DNA of 13,322 bases from Candidatus Iainarchaeum sp. (GCA_043816965.1 JBDRHK010000005.1:1-13322); one strand, 5' to 3'. Counted from the first letter of the stretch, positions 1 to 8,273 are shown. Numbers and translations are program-made. The notes: a model not told the origin generated them from the letters alone.

Positions 1-75
1 GGTTTTCCCAATAAGATCCTTATTGCAGCAGGCGAGAACAACATTCTCCTGTATTCTGTGGATTTTTGCCAGCAA
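1..75 (-). CDS. DUF424-family protein, N-terminal part (runs off the window)
   Basis: Manual translation from TTG at 75, 2 nt after the aIF2-beta stop: MLAKIHRIQENVVLACCNKDLIGKT. This resembles the DUF424 N-terminus (xKxH...vlAxCDxeLlGk), a family often found next to aIF2-beta in archaea. Not in the ORF track. Confidence 0.7.
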   Translation of the reverse strand, partial: MLAKIHRIQENVVLACCNKDLIGKT

Positions 76-77
76 AA

Positions 78-482
78 TCAGACCCTCTTTACAGGGGACA
101 GGGCGCCGCAGGCATCGCATTTCATCATCCTTATTCCCTGCTGTTCAATAAATTTGGTGTCTGGCTTATGGCACTCATGGCAAAGCACATACTGCGTAAT
201 ATATGCGTGGAAAAACTTGTTTATCTGGTCATTGGTAAATTTAGAATTTAGCAGGAGTTTACCCTCTGAAACAACCGCCGAGGTTGCGGTTTCTTTGGTC
301 AAATACTTGAGAAGATGCCTTTCCTCCCGGTGAAGTGATTTCAGCACCTGCGCAAAATTATTCACGGCCGTTTTCTTTCCCTGAATATGGCTCTGCATTT
401 CAGGCATCTCAAATCTTTCCTTGCTCAGTGCCTCTTTCGGCAGGAGCATATAAGCCCTGTCCAGCATTTTCTCATATTCCAT
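78..482 (-). CDS. eif2b: Translation initiation factor 2 subunit beta (aIF2-beta)
   Basis: 134 aa; N-terminal YEKMLDRAY...ERFEMP; C-terminal zinc ribbon CHECHKPDT...CDACGA. Confidence 0.96.
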   Translation of the reverse strand: MEYEKMLDRAYMLLPKEALSKERFEMPEMQSHIQGKKTAVNNFAQVLKSLHREERHLLKYLTKETATSAVVSEGKLLLNSKFTNDQINKFFHAYITQYVLCHECHKPDTKFIEQQGIRMMKCDACGALSPVKRV

Positions 483-605
483 TAGACCACTTAAGAATTT
501 TTGCAGGGGATTGGTTAAAAAGCTTTGGTAGTTGGTTTTAGGAGTTGGGAGCCCGGGGCAAAGTTATTAATACTCTGGGGAATTATTATTTCAGCGGTTG
601 TTTTT

Positions 606-1208
606 ATGAAGAAAGAAAAAAAACAGGAAAACGGCTTCAGGAATATTTTAATAATTGGGGCAATTGCGATAATTTTCATTGCCGCAATAATATATGTTGC
701 CCAGACAAACCCGGGCCTGATGCAGGAAATGGTCGATAAATACGGCCTCCTTGGAATTTTCCTCGCATCACTGATTGCAAACGCAAGCCTTTTCTTCCCG
801 CTCCCTGTTGATTTTGTTGTTTTCTCAATAGGCCTGGTTTCTGACAACTGGGTTTACTCACTCATAATCGGAATAGTTGCCGGGACGGGTGCCGCGTTTG
901 GGGAAATGACCGGATATATCCTTGGCCTTTTCGGGGTAAAGGCTGCTGAAAAAATCAAGGAAACAAAATTCTACCGCATTAAGGAAATCAGCAGTAAAAT
1001 CAAGAATTCAGGGATGATTTTCATTTTCCTCGGGGCGTTCACTCCCTTCCCTTTTGATATTATTGGAATTGCCGCAGGCCTGATGAAGTACGATATAAGG
1101 AGATTCTTTATCGCCGTTCTTGCGGGAAAATTGGTTAGGTACACAATTCTCGCCATGGCAGGAGTTGTGGGAATTGAAGTTGTAAAATGGTTTTTTGGAT
1201 TGGGTTAG
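606..1208 (+). CDS. DedA/VTT (SNARE-associated) family membrane protein
   Basis: Hydrophobic; motifs GLLGIFLASLIANASLFFPLP, GAAFGEMTGYILG, FTPFPFDIIGIAAG, FFIAVLAGKLVRY. ATG at 606 preferred over the track's TTG at 525 (same frame) because a TTATTAAT TATA-like box lies at about 564-571. Confidence 0.88.
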   Translation: MKKEKKQENGFRNILIIGAIAIIFIAAIIYVAQTNPGLMQEMVDKYGLLGIFLASLIANASLFFPLPVDFVVFSIGLVSDNWVYSLIIGIVAGTGAAFGEMTGYILGLFGVKAAEKIKETKFYRIKEISSKIKNSGMIFIFLGAFTPFPFDIIGIAAGLMKYDIRRFFIAVLAGKLVRYTILAMAGVVGIEVVKWFFGLG

Positions 1209-2038
1209 AACCCAACCAATTTCAGAACCACAAATGCCAGCAGCATTAGGATTGTCTGCGGAGGCAGTGCAGGAAGCGCTGTCCCAACCCTTTTTGAAAC
1301 AAAGTTTATGGTCCAAAGTAGGCCGATGAGGGAAGCAATCAGAATCACAACTGGCGGGATGAAATATAGCGGGAATTCCAGAGCAGGATTTAATTTTGCA
1401 GCCCCGAGAAGTGATGCAGAAAAGACAAGGGGAATAACCATGTCCCCTGTTCCCAGCTCGAAGGTGTGCTCCTTTGTTGGGATGGCGTAGGTGAATGATA
1501 AATTTTTTGAGGAAATTGCCTTTGCCATTTTTACCATGTGCTTTGTTTTGAACACCGCAATAAAATCATAAACTGAAAGCAGAATCATGAAAATTATCAC
1601 AGGAATTATGCCCAATGAAACACCAAGCAATGCTCCAACAACAGCTGTTGAAATAATTGATGTCGCATTCCTGAGCCAGATATGTTTTGCGAAAACAATC
1701 CTCAGTAGAACTATTAGCAAAGATAGTGGAACTACTAGAAGTGAATCGTAGAATGTGGAAAACAATAGGGCGCTTGTTATGAAGATTATAAAAGATTCGA
1801 GAGCTTTGAAAACATAGTAAAGCCATTTTTCGGGAAAAAAGCGAATTACGATAATCCAGAAAAGCGCCCCTCCCAAAACAACAGCTATCAAATAAATGCT
1901 GTTAATTGGATCGCCAGGATCTTCAGAAATAAATGTGACTGTTACCTCTTCAGCAATAAAAAAATTCGCAGTCCATAAGCCAATCAGCTGGGTGACGATG
2001 AAAAGTGCCGCCAGGGAGAGTATTAATTTCCTGTTCAT
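1205..2038 (-). CDS. Presenilin/signal-peptide-peptidase family intramembrane aspartyl protease
   Basis: Multi-pass membrane protein with all three family motifs: YD (LSVYDFIAV), GxGD (ELGTGDMVIP) and PAL (ALPALPP). Confidence 0.93.
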   Translation of the reverse strand: MNRKLILSLAALFIVTQLIGLWTANFFIAEEVTVTFISEDPGDPINSIYLIAVVLGGALFWIIVIRFFPEKWLYYVFKALESFIIFITSALLFSTFYDSLLVVPLSLLIVLLRIVFAKHIWLRNATSIISTAVVGALLGVSLGIIPVIIFMILLSVYDFIAVFKTKHMVKMAKAISSKNLSFTYAIPTKEHTFELGTGDMVIPLVFSASLLGAAKLNPALEFPLYFIPPVVILIASLIGLLWTINFVSKRVGTALPALPPQTILMLLAFVVLKLVGF

Positions 2039-2083
2039 GGCAATAATTGGGGAGAAAGGAATTAAAACAGTTTTCCCTAGCCG

Positions 2084-2266
2084 CTAAAGTTTGAAGTAAA
2101 AACTGTAACAAAACCCCAGCAGGAAAATCACTATTGCCCCTGTGTTTGTGAAAACCCATGGCCCGAAACTAACCCCGAAAAGCATTAATGCAACAAGCCC
2201 TGTATAACCTATTATTGCCATCAAAATCCCCCGCACCAAATTGCTGAGTATGTCCATCTTTTTCAC
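2084..2266 (-). CDS. Small hypothetical membrane protein (2 TM, 60 aa)
   Basis: Two hydrophobic segments. ATGA start/stop overlap with the upstream ORF at 2263-2266 suggests translational coupling. Confidence 0.65.
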   Translation of the reverse strand: MKKMDILSNLVRGILMAIIGYTGLVALMLFGVSFGPWVFTNTGAIVIFLLGFCYSFYFKL

Positions 2267-2622
2267 CCCAAAATAATTATTGAAAGTATGAATGAACCAT
2301 ACATCTGCAGTTCATTTATGAAAATCAAATACTTTTTCAAATACTTGTTGTTCTCCACCAATGCAAGCACCGCTATTTTTGTAATGTAATAAATAAGCAA
2401 AGTGCCCCCGACAAAAAGTGGAATCCCTATAACCTTCTCAAAATCAAGGAAGGCGAAAAGTGTGATGAAAATCACAATAGAACCCTTCAGCACTTTCTTG
2501 CCCTCAAGGAAGATAAAAAACACCGCGAAAAGCATGAAAGTAATCATCACACTGTTTGTGGCCAGGCCTATAAACCAGCCCAGGTCAAGGGCATACAAAT
2601 GGCCAATTATTTCCAGCAACAT
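2263..2622 (-). CDS. Hypothetical membrane protein (about 4 TM, 119 aa)
   Basis: Strongly hydrophobic ORF; AAGTGA SD-like motif upstream; divergent from the Lrp gene across an AT-rich spacer. Confidence 0.75.
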   Translation of the reverse strand: MLLEIIGHLYALDLGWFIGLATNSVMITFMLFAVFFIFLEGKKVLKGSIVIFITLFAFLDFEKVIGIPLFVGGTLLIYYITKIAVLALVENNKYLKKYLIFINELQMYGSFILSIIILG

Positions 2623-2690
2623 TTTTATTCACTTTTTCCAGTTATAAGATAATTGCATTCTTTCTAATATTTAAAATATTTTATTGTTTT

Positions 2691-2738
2691 TTTTATCAAA
2701 TAGAAGTATTTAAATACATTTATTTACTTTTGATAAAA
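2691..2738. promoter_or_regulatory. Palindromic TATA box flanked by a 10-bp inverted repeat (candidate Lrp promoter/operator)
   Basis: GTATTTAAATAC perfect palindrome at 2706-2717, about 25 bp before ATG 2740 (leaderless spacing). TTTTATCAAA (2691-2700) and TTTGATAAAA (2729-2738) are exact reverse complements. Confidence 0.55.
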
Positions 2739-2739
2739 T

Positions 2740-3735
2740 ATGGCTGATTTAAACATAGACCTAAAAGACAGGAAAATCCTCTATGAACTGGATGTAAATG
2801 CAAGGCAGTCCCTCTCCAAAATCGCGAAAAAAGTCGGTTTAAGCAAGGAAGTGGTGAACTACAGAATCAACAGGATGATTGATGAAAAGCTGATAAGGAG
2901 TTTTTACGCGAGAATTGACACCTCAAAACTTGGTTTGACGCTTTTCAGGACTTTCATAAGAACCCAGAACCTTTCGCCGAAAAAGGAAAACGAGATGATT
3001 GAATATTTAAAAGGCAATCCAAAGATTGGTTTTTTTGTCAGGGTGGAAGGGAACTTTGATTTCAATTTCATTTACTGGTCAAAAGGGGTTTCAGAATATT
3101 TCCATTTCTGGCGGGAGTTCAAGGGGAAGTTTGGAAAATTCCTTGAGAGCAAACAGCTACATATCCTCGAATACTTTGCGAATTTCCCAAAGGGATTTCT
3201 AATCGGAAAAAAGGACCTCTCAATACCTTTTTTCGAGTGCGGCCTGAACAGGGAAATTGAAATCGACAGGGCAGATTACGAACTCCTCAACATCCTGGCA
3301 ACTGACGCAAGGAAACCGTTGATTGAGATTGCGCAGGAACTGAAAATTTCAGACAAGATGGTTTCCTACAGGATTAAGAAACTTGAGAAATTGGGGGTAA
3401 TCCATTCTTACGGGGTTCAGATTGATCTCGATAAAATAGGGTTGAATTATTATATGATTCACCTATTCTTCAAGGATTTCTCTGAGGAAAGGTTTAAGGA
3501 ACTGAAAAATTTCGCAATTACCCACCCATCCGTAGTGTACATTGATGAGGCGCTGGGAGGGCCTGATTTTGAGATAGAACTTTATATGCAAACAAAGCAG
3601 GAATACTATGAATTTCTCACTGAACTGAGATATAAATTTTCGGATTTGATAAGGGATTTCAGGACACTGCATTATCCTGAGGAATTCAAATTGGTCCTTT
3701 TCCCCTGGAAAGGGCAGACTATTCAAAAAGGCTAG
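2740..3735 (+). CDS. Lrp/AsnC family transcriptional regulator with two tandem wHTH-RAM units
   Basis: Unit 1: DLKDRKILYELDVNARQSLSKIAKKVGLSKEVVNYRINRM. Unit 2: IDRADYELLNILATDARKPLIEIAQELKISDKMVSYRIKKLEKLGVI. Each is followed by a RAM-like domain. Confidence 0.92.
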   Translation: MADLNIDLKDRKILYELDVNARQSLSKIAKKVGLSKEVVNYRINRMIDEKLIRSFYARIDTSKLGLTLFRTFIRTQNLSPKKENEMIEYLKGNPKIGFFVRVEGNFDFNFIYWSKGVSEYFHFWREFKGKFGKFLESKQLHILEYFANFPKGFLIGKKDLSIPFFECGLNREIEIDRADYELLNILATDARKPLIEIAQELKISDKMVSYRIKKLEKLGVIHSYGVQIDLDKIGLNYYMIHLFFKDFSEERFKELKNFAITHPSVVYIDEALGGPDFEIELYMQTKQEYYEFLTELRYKFSDLIRDFRTLHYPEEFKLVLFPWKGQTIQKG

Positions 3736-4372
3736 TGCCAATTCTCACCATTGTCGCCCCCTCTTCTACAGCGACAGCAAAATCATTGCTCATTCCCATA
3801 GAAAGTTCAGGCAGATTAAATTTCTCCCCCAATTCCTTCAGTGCAGAAAAATATCTCCTAGTTTCTTCTGCCCCCACAAGTGGGGCCATTGCCATAAAAC
3901 CTTGTAAATCCAAATTTCTCATTTTTTTAATCTCCCCAACAACATCCCCCAATTTCTCAGGCTCCAGGCCATACTTGCTCTTCTCCCCACTAACATTAAC
4001 CTCCAGCAGAATTTTCTGCCTTTTTCCAATTTCAGAAGCGGCGGAATCAATCTTAGCTGCAAGTTTTAATGAATCAACTGAATGAATCCATTCACAGTTC
4101 TCGACCGCTTTTCTGGCCTTGTTGGACTGCAGATGCCCTACAAAGTGCCAGTTAACCCCCTCAACAGAATCAACCTTTCCCAGCAATTCCTGCAATTTGT
4201 TTTCCCCGAGATCCCTTACGCCCAAGGAAATAAGTTCATTAATCTTGCCAATGGAACGGTTTTTTGTTACGGCAACAAGTTTAACCTCTTCAGGATTCCT
4301 GCCGGCCTTTTTGCAGGCTTCTGCAATCCCTTCCCTAATTGCAGAAAGATTTTCCCCTAGCATCAGATTCAC
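3719..4372 (-). CDS. yggS: YggS/PROSC pyridoxal-phosphate homeostasis protein
   Basis: LVAVTK (PLP lysine), GENKLQE, WHFVGHLQSNK, LSMGMSND, GATMVRIGT. GTG start overlaps the mcm stop (GTGA); an in-frame ATG at 4363 is the alternative start. Confidence 0.95.
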   Translation of the reverse strand: MNLMLGENLSAIREGIAEACKKAGRNPEEVKLVAVTKNRSIGKINELISLGVRDLGENKLQELLGKVDSVEGVNWHFVGHLQSNKARKAVENCEWIHSVDSLKLAAKIDSAASEIGKRQKILLEVNVSGEKSKYGLEPEKLGDVVGEIKKMRNLDLQGFMAMAPLVGAEETRRYFSALKELGEKFNLPELSMGMSNDFAVAVEEGATMVRIGTSLFE

Positions 4373-7300
4373 TGTTTGGCGGTTGGCTTTACAACGCCAT
4401 GTCTTGGCCTGTAAATATCCCCTGACTTCTCAAGCTTGCTGAGAATCTCCCTGACCTTTTCTGAATCAATCCCCTCAGTTTTTGATTCCTCAACAATATC
4501 CTCAATAGGAACCATCCCGTCATCTATCTCTGTAGATTTGCTCCTAATCATCCTAAGTATTTTTTTCAGATTTGTTATCTGGGTATGTGTCTGCCCTGAT
4601 GTAATAATATCAATATCAATCTTGCCTGTTTCAGGGTCTGTAACAACTTCCTGCAGGGAAGTCTTCACCAACCTTATTGCCCTTTCGGCATCCCGAATTT
4701 CCACAGTATTGCTAAGCCTGACCCTTGCGCTTGCCTCACTTAACCTAACTAACCCTTCCAATTGCCTGTGGGTTGCCGCGTAACTTCCTTCCTTCCTTCC
4801 TTGGTCACGCAGACTTATGTAGAAGTCAGAGAGTGCCTGTATGGATTCCTGGGTCAGAACCGGAAAAATATTCTGCCTTGCAAAGGAAAGATATTTTTTG
4901 AACAGGTCAGCGTCAATTGCAGGAGTTATACTTTTCTCCAGCTCTTTCCTATCCTCAGCACTCATCTTCTTTTTCATCTTCTTCTCGAGCCACATCTTTT
5001 CCCCTATCTGGTGTGTTTTCAAAATGTGCCTGGCAATGTCCTCGTCCTTCTTTCGATCCAACACATCCTTTAGCATGAAGAAGAGGTCGAACCTTGAAAT
5101 AAGTGTCGGGGGCAAATTTATCTGCTCAATGAAAGACATGAATTGGTCAAAGCGGCTGAATTTTGGATTGGCCGCCGCAAGAACACTTGTTTCTGTCTTG
5201 AAGGTTGTCACAATCCCTGCCTTTGCAACCGAAATCCTCTGCTGCTCCAGGGATTCATGCAGCGCGCTCCTGTCCTCGGCATCCATTTTATCCAGCTCAT
5301 CAATCAGGCAAATTCCGCCGTTAGCCAGTACCAAAGCTCCGGCCTTTAATGTCCATCCCCCTTCCCCAAAATCATCCTTAACGGCAGTTGCAGAAATTCC
5401 CGCACCACTAGAAGTTTTTCCCGCGATGTAAATGGATTTCGGGGCAATCTTATCTACAGCCATCAGCAACTGGGAGTTATGTGAAAAAACCATATTGGAA
5501 ATGAAATTATGGGTTCCTGCAACCTCTAAATCATAAACCCAATCAGCTGGCTCAATTTCCTTAACTTCCCTGACTTTATCCCAAAAAATGCTTGTTTTGG
5601 AAAGCTTGTAAAGGTTTAGGGCCTTTTCCTCAATTTCTTTATCAAACAGATTCCTGTTAAAATAGGCCTCTATCAGGCGATTGGCAATTAAAAGTAATTG
5701 TTCTCTTGAAGGGTTTCTATCTCCCCTTTCGTAGTGCCGATAACTAGTTCTTGCAACACCCATTTCGAATTGCGTTAAACCAATTTTTTTTCTCAAAAAC
5801 TTTAATTCCTTGTTTAGATTTGGCACAACATCGTTGTTAGTATTAAAAAGTTTTGAATTAAGTATTTTCTCCTTTGCTTTCTTGATTTTTCTTCCCGAAA
5901 TAAAACCCACAGTTTTCACATATTTTTTCGCAAATTTGCCGCCAATTGTAAGTTTGAAATACTTTCTTTTAATTTTCTTGGTTGTGTTGGTGGCCATATT
6001 CCAAATTTCTTTCTTTACAGATACAATCTCAAATCTGGATAGTAGGATAATAAGCCCATCAATTAATTCCTCGCTGGCGGAAGATATTTCAATAAATCTA
6101 CAATCGTTCCTAACACTTCCCTCTGTTTCAATAAATACCTTCAGAAATTCCTTAACAACACTGTCGGGAGATGACATTATTGAATTCGGAATTGTTCTTT
6201 GCCTAGACAGCCTTGAAAGCTCTACGAAATTTTTTTCAATAAATTCCCCAAGTTCTACGCTAGAAAACATGATCCTTGTTGCGTTGCTCTTGAAATCTCT
6301 GCAATGTTTTATTCCAAATAACTCCTCAGCGCATTCAACAAAGTCATCAACTACTTCCTTATCACTGTTTGTAAATTCCAACGCGACTGTTGAATGTTTT
6401 TTGTTAATATGGCCCTCCGCAAGCATATAACCAACAACCCTCGCTAGTTTTTCATCCAGAACTTCAGGAGTAAGAATATGTCTTGCGTTTGTTTTTCCCA
6501 GAGTAATCTTTGTGTCAAGTTTTTGGACAGCCCCCTTAACTGTGACCGTCCTGGGTATGGCAATAAAATCCCCCTTTTTTAAGTCCATGGTTTTGACGGC
6601 CTTCACCTTTCCCCCAACAGATGCAAAAAGGGGATGGGTATGGGTTGCTTTAATTTCTTTTCCTGTAGATGTCTTCACAAAGAACATTCTGTCAGGCCTT
6701 CTTTTCATTGCCCTGACGGCAACACCTCTCTCAAGCTCACAATCCCCGTTCAAAATTGGCAATCTTTTAAAAGTGTTTGAAAAAAAGCCGTCATCCAATT
6801 TCTGTCTTTCTCCTTCCAGACTTTCTTCAACCAAATCTTTAATTTCCTTGGAAGTTCCATCTTCGAGCAATAATTTTGTTGAACCATCAACGCATTTCGC
6901 CAAACCCGGGTCACCAACAAGCAAGATATGGATATTCCCTCTCAGCTTGTTATCTCCTGGGAGGACCTTTCTTACCCCCCCAAACAGCTGCAGGGCAATT
7001 GCCTCCTTAATCATTTCATGCCCGTAAATTGTCTGGGCAATGCTCTTGACCAGCAGTTCGTAAATATCCGGCTTTGCCGCAAGCTCCCTAATCAGTTTCT
7101 CATCTTCAGGTGTAATCTCAATATCCTCAAACTCCTGCATGGTTTCCTCTATATGCAGTGCCTCAAGATATCTCCCATAGATTGTTTTCTTGTCCTTTGG
7201 GGGAATAAGCCTCAATATCCCGCTTATCCTTGTCCTGTCCCCCGGGGAAACCTGGTTTACCAAATCATCGCTGACATAAATATCCAAAGTTGCGGCCTGT

Positions 7301-7908
7301 TCATTTCCCTTAAGCATCTCAAGTGGCTCCTGGGTTTTTATTTTTTGATAATCAACAAACTCAGACTCCTCTGACACCAAATTGAAAGAGCGGTGCTTGC
7401 ACTCGCAGATGTAAGGCGGCTTTGATTGGTGGTCGCTCTGGGGGATTTTGTAGGTATTGCCACAGCGGGTGCATTCCCATGTCGCCATTTTAAGCTTAGG
7501 CATTACTTCGGTTAACTGGCCAACAACACCCTCAACAGAAATCAGTTTCCCGAGGTGGGATGCACTGATATTCCTCAGCAATGGCTGCTGCTCTTTGGGA
7601 AGGTTAAAGACCCTTATGTGCGGGGAAAAGTCCTCCAGTTCCAGGGCAGGAACGTCGATGTTCTTTATCGCCTCCTTTGCGGCCTCAAGAACATAGTCAG
7701 GGTTTATGAGCAGCTCATCAGCCAGCTCAAAATCAAACAGTTCAATATCCTTGAAATCAATGGGGAGGCTCCTTTTTTGCGGATAATTCTCCACAAGCCT
7801 CTGGATATCCTTTATGCACTTCTCTTTCAGGAAAGCCTCAATTTTCGGGATAAATGGATTTGAGGCATCGGTTTCAGTTTTCTCGGCAAATTCCAATCTT
7901 ACACCCAT
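4369..7908 (-). CDS. mcm: MCM replicative helicase precursor containing one intein
   Basis: Zn finger CTRC...CEC; Walker A GDPGLAK/S split by the intein; Walker B CLIDELDKM; AAANP; arginine finger SRFDL; C-terminal wHTH. About 706 aa after intein removal. ATG at 7908 chosen; the track starts at TTG 7911. Confidence 0.97.
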   Translation of the reverse strand: MGVRLEFAEKTETDASNPFIPKIEAFLKEKCIKDIQRLVENYPQKRSLPIDFKDIELFDFELADELLINPDYVLEAAKEAIKNIDVPALELEDFSPHIRVFNLPKEQQPLLRNISASHLGKLISVEGVVGQLTEVMPKLKMATWECTRCGNTYKIPQSDHQSKPPYICECKHRSFNLVSEESEFVDYQKIKTQEPLEMLKGNEQAATLDIYVSDDLVNQVSPGDRTRISGILRLIPPKDKKTIYGRYLEALHIEETMQEFEDIEITPEDEKLIRELAAKPDIYELLVKSIAQTIYGHEMIKEAIALQLFGGVRKVLPGDNKLRGNIHILLVGDPGLAKCVDGSTKLLLEDGTSKEIKDLVEESLEGERQKLDDGFFSNTFKRLPILNGDCELERGVAVRAMKRRPDRMFFVKTSTGKEIKATHTHPLFASVGGKVKAVKTMDLKKGDFIAIPRTVTVKGAVQKLDTKITLGKTNARHILTPEVLDEKLARVVGYMLAEGHINKKHSTVALEFTNSDKEVVDDFVECAEELFGIKHCRDFKSNATRIMFSSVELGEFIEKNFVELSRLSRQRTIPNSIMSSPDSVVKEFLKVFIETEGSVRNDCRFIEISSASEELIDGLIILLSRFEIVSVKKEIWNMATNTTKKIKRKYFKLTIGGKFAKKYVKTVGFISGRKIKKAKEKILNSKLFNTNNDVVPNLNKELKFLRKKIGLTQFEMGVARTSYRHYERGDRNPSREQLLLIANRLIEAYFNRNLFDKEIEEKALNLYKLSKTSIFWDKVREVKEIEPADWVYDLEVAGTHNFISNMVFSHNSQLLMAVDKIAPKSIYIAGKTSSGAGISATAVKDDFGEGGWTLKAGALVLANGGICLIDELDKMDAEDRSALHESLEQQRISVAKAGIVTTFKTETSVLAAANPKFSRFDQFMSFIEQINLPPTLISRFDLFFMLKDVLDRKKDEDIARHILKTHQIGEKMWLEKKMKKKMSAEDRKELEKSITPAIDADLFKKYLSFARQNIFPVLTQESIQALSDFYISLRDQGRKEGSYAATHRQLEGLVRLSEASARVRLSNTVEIRDAERAIRLVKTSLQEVVTDPETGKIDIDIITSGQTHTQITNLKKILRMIRSKSTEIDDGMVPIEDIVEESKTEGIDSEKVREILSKLEKSGDIYRPRHGVVKPTAKQ
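5476..6894 (-). mobile_element. Intein (473 aa) with LAGLIDADG homing endonuclease and XRE-like HTH, inserted in MCM Walker A between Lys and Ser
   Basis: N-junction AK|CVDGST; block B IKATHTHPLF; LAGLIDADG-like helices VVGYMLAEG and FLKVFIETEG; block F VYDLEVAGTHNF; C-junction SHN|SQLL. Confidence 0.95.
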
Positions 7909-7926
7909 CAATTTGGCATTAAGCCA

Positions 7927-7941
7927 CTTATAAACACTTTC
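7927..7941 (-). promoter_or_regulatory. Putative BRE-TATA promoter of mcm
   Basis: Minus strand reads GAAAGTG-TTTATAAG; the TATA box (7934-7927) lies 19-26 bp upstream of the mcm ATG. Confidence 0.5.
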
Positions 7942-8118
7942 GGAGGTGGATTTCCGGTGCGGACAACTGCCATATCAGTTGACACTACGGCCTATACTGC
8001 GTATAGGCCTTGCTCGCCCTATGGGCTCGCTACACGCCTATCTGCGTGTACACGACCACCCCTGTTTTGCGCCCTGTTGGGCACTCGCAGGGATATTGCT
8101 CACCTTATGGGCTCGCTA
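7941..8118 (-). ncRNA. Unidentified GC-rich multi-hairpin element (ncRNA or structured ssDNA)
   Basis: 57% GC by hand count over 7941-8120 versus 24% over 8161-8250. Closely spaced hairpins at 8098-8116, 8058-8094, 8031-8050, 8012-8030, 7989-8009, 7964-7981, and a weaker one at 7941-7956. G-T wobbles and tandem G.A pairs favour the minus strand. Confidence 0.55.
8010..8118. repeat. 23-bp direct repeat pair inside the hairpin element
   Basis: TTGCTCGCCCTATGGGCTCGCTA (8010-8032) versus TTGCTCACCTTATGGGCTCGCTA (8096-8118): 21 of 23 identical. Confidence 0.9.
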
Positions 8119-8148
8119 AATGACCTTTAACTTGATACCCCACCATCT

Positions 8149-8176
8149 ATTTGTATTGGGAGAATTTGTATTGGGA
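8149..8176. repeat. Tandem 13-bp direct repeat ATTTGTATTGGGA x2
   Basis: Exact copies at 8149-8161 and 8164-8176 (15-bp period), at the edge of an AT-rich tract. Confidence 0.85.
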
Positions 8177-8273
8177 ATTTAATGCGAATTCTGGAAAAAT
8201 TTCCAAAAAATCAATTCTATATTAATATGTCTGGAAAATTATTAACCCTACTCAGTTAGGAATCTGAACTTTG

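Noticed and set aside
1205..1208. Tail-to-tail gene overlaps (also 3719-3735 and 11939-11946)
   Set aside because: Ordinary for compact archaeal genomes; no additional signal.
4785..4802. (TTCC)n microsatellite-like run
   Set aside because: Simply encodes QGRKEG within MCM; frame intact.
4436..7863. Numerous plus-strand ORFs of 68-206 aa opposite mcm, and similar antisense ORFs opposite other genes
   Set aside because: Shadow frames of well-supported genes; Ser/Phe/Ile-rich with no motifs.
7941..8120. tRNA, 5S rRNA, SRP RNA or RNase P RNA as the identity of the structured element
   Set aside because: No T-loop GTTCRA or cloverleaf, no SRP helix-8 motif, and no RNase P GAGGAAAGTCC conserved region on either strand by eye.
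7942..8130. 57-aa plus-strand ORF (GTG 7957 to TAA 8130) preceded by GGAGGTGG at 7942-7949
   Set aside because: It runs entirely through the GC-rich hairpin and repeat element, has atypical composition (Cys/Thr/Arg-rich, no Lys or Glu) and no recognisable motif. An open frame of this length is expected by chance at this GC. Not fully excluded.
8010..8176. CRISPR array from the 23-bp or 13-bp repeats
   Set aside because: Only two copies each, spacing 63 nt and 2 nt, the intervening sequence is itself structured, and there are no cas genes in the window.
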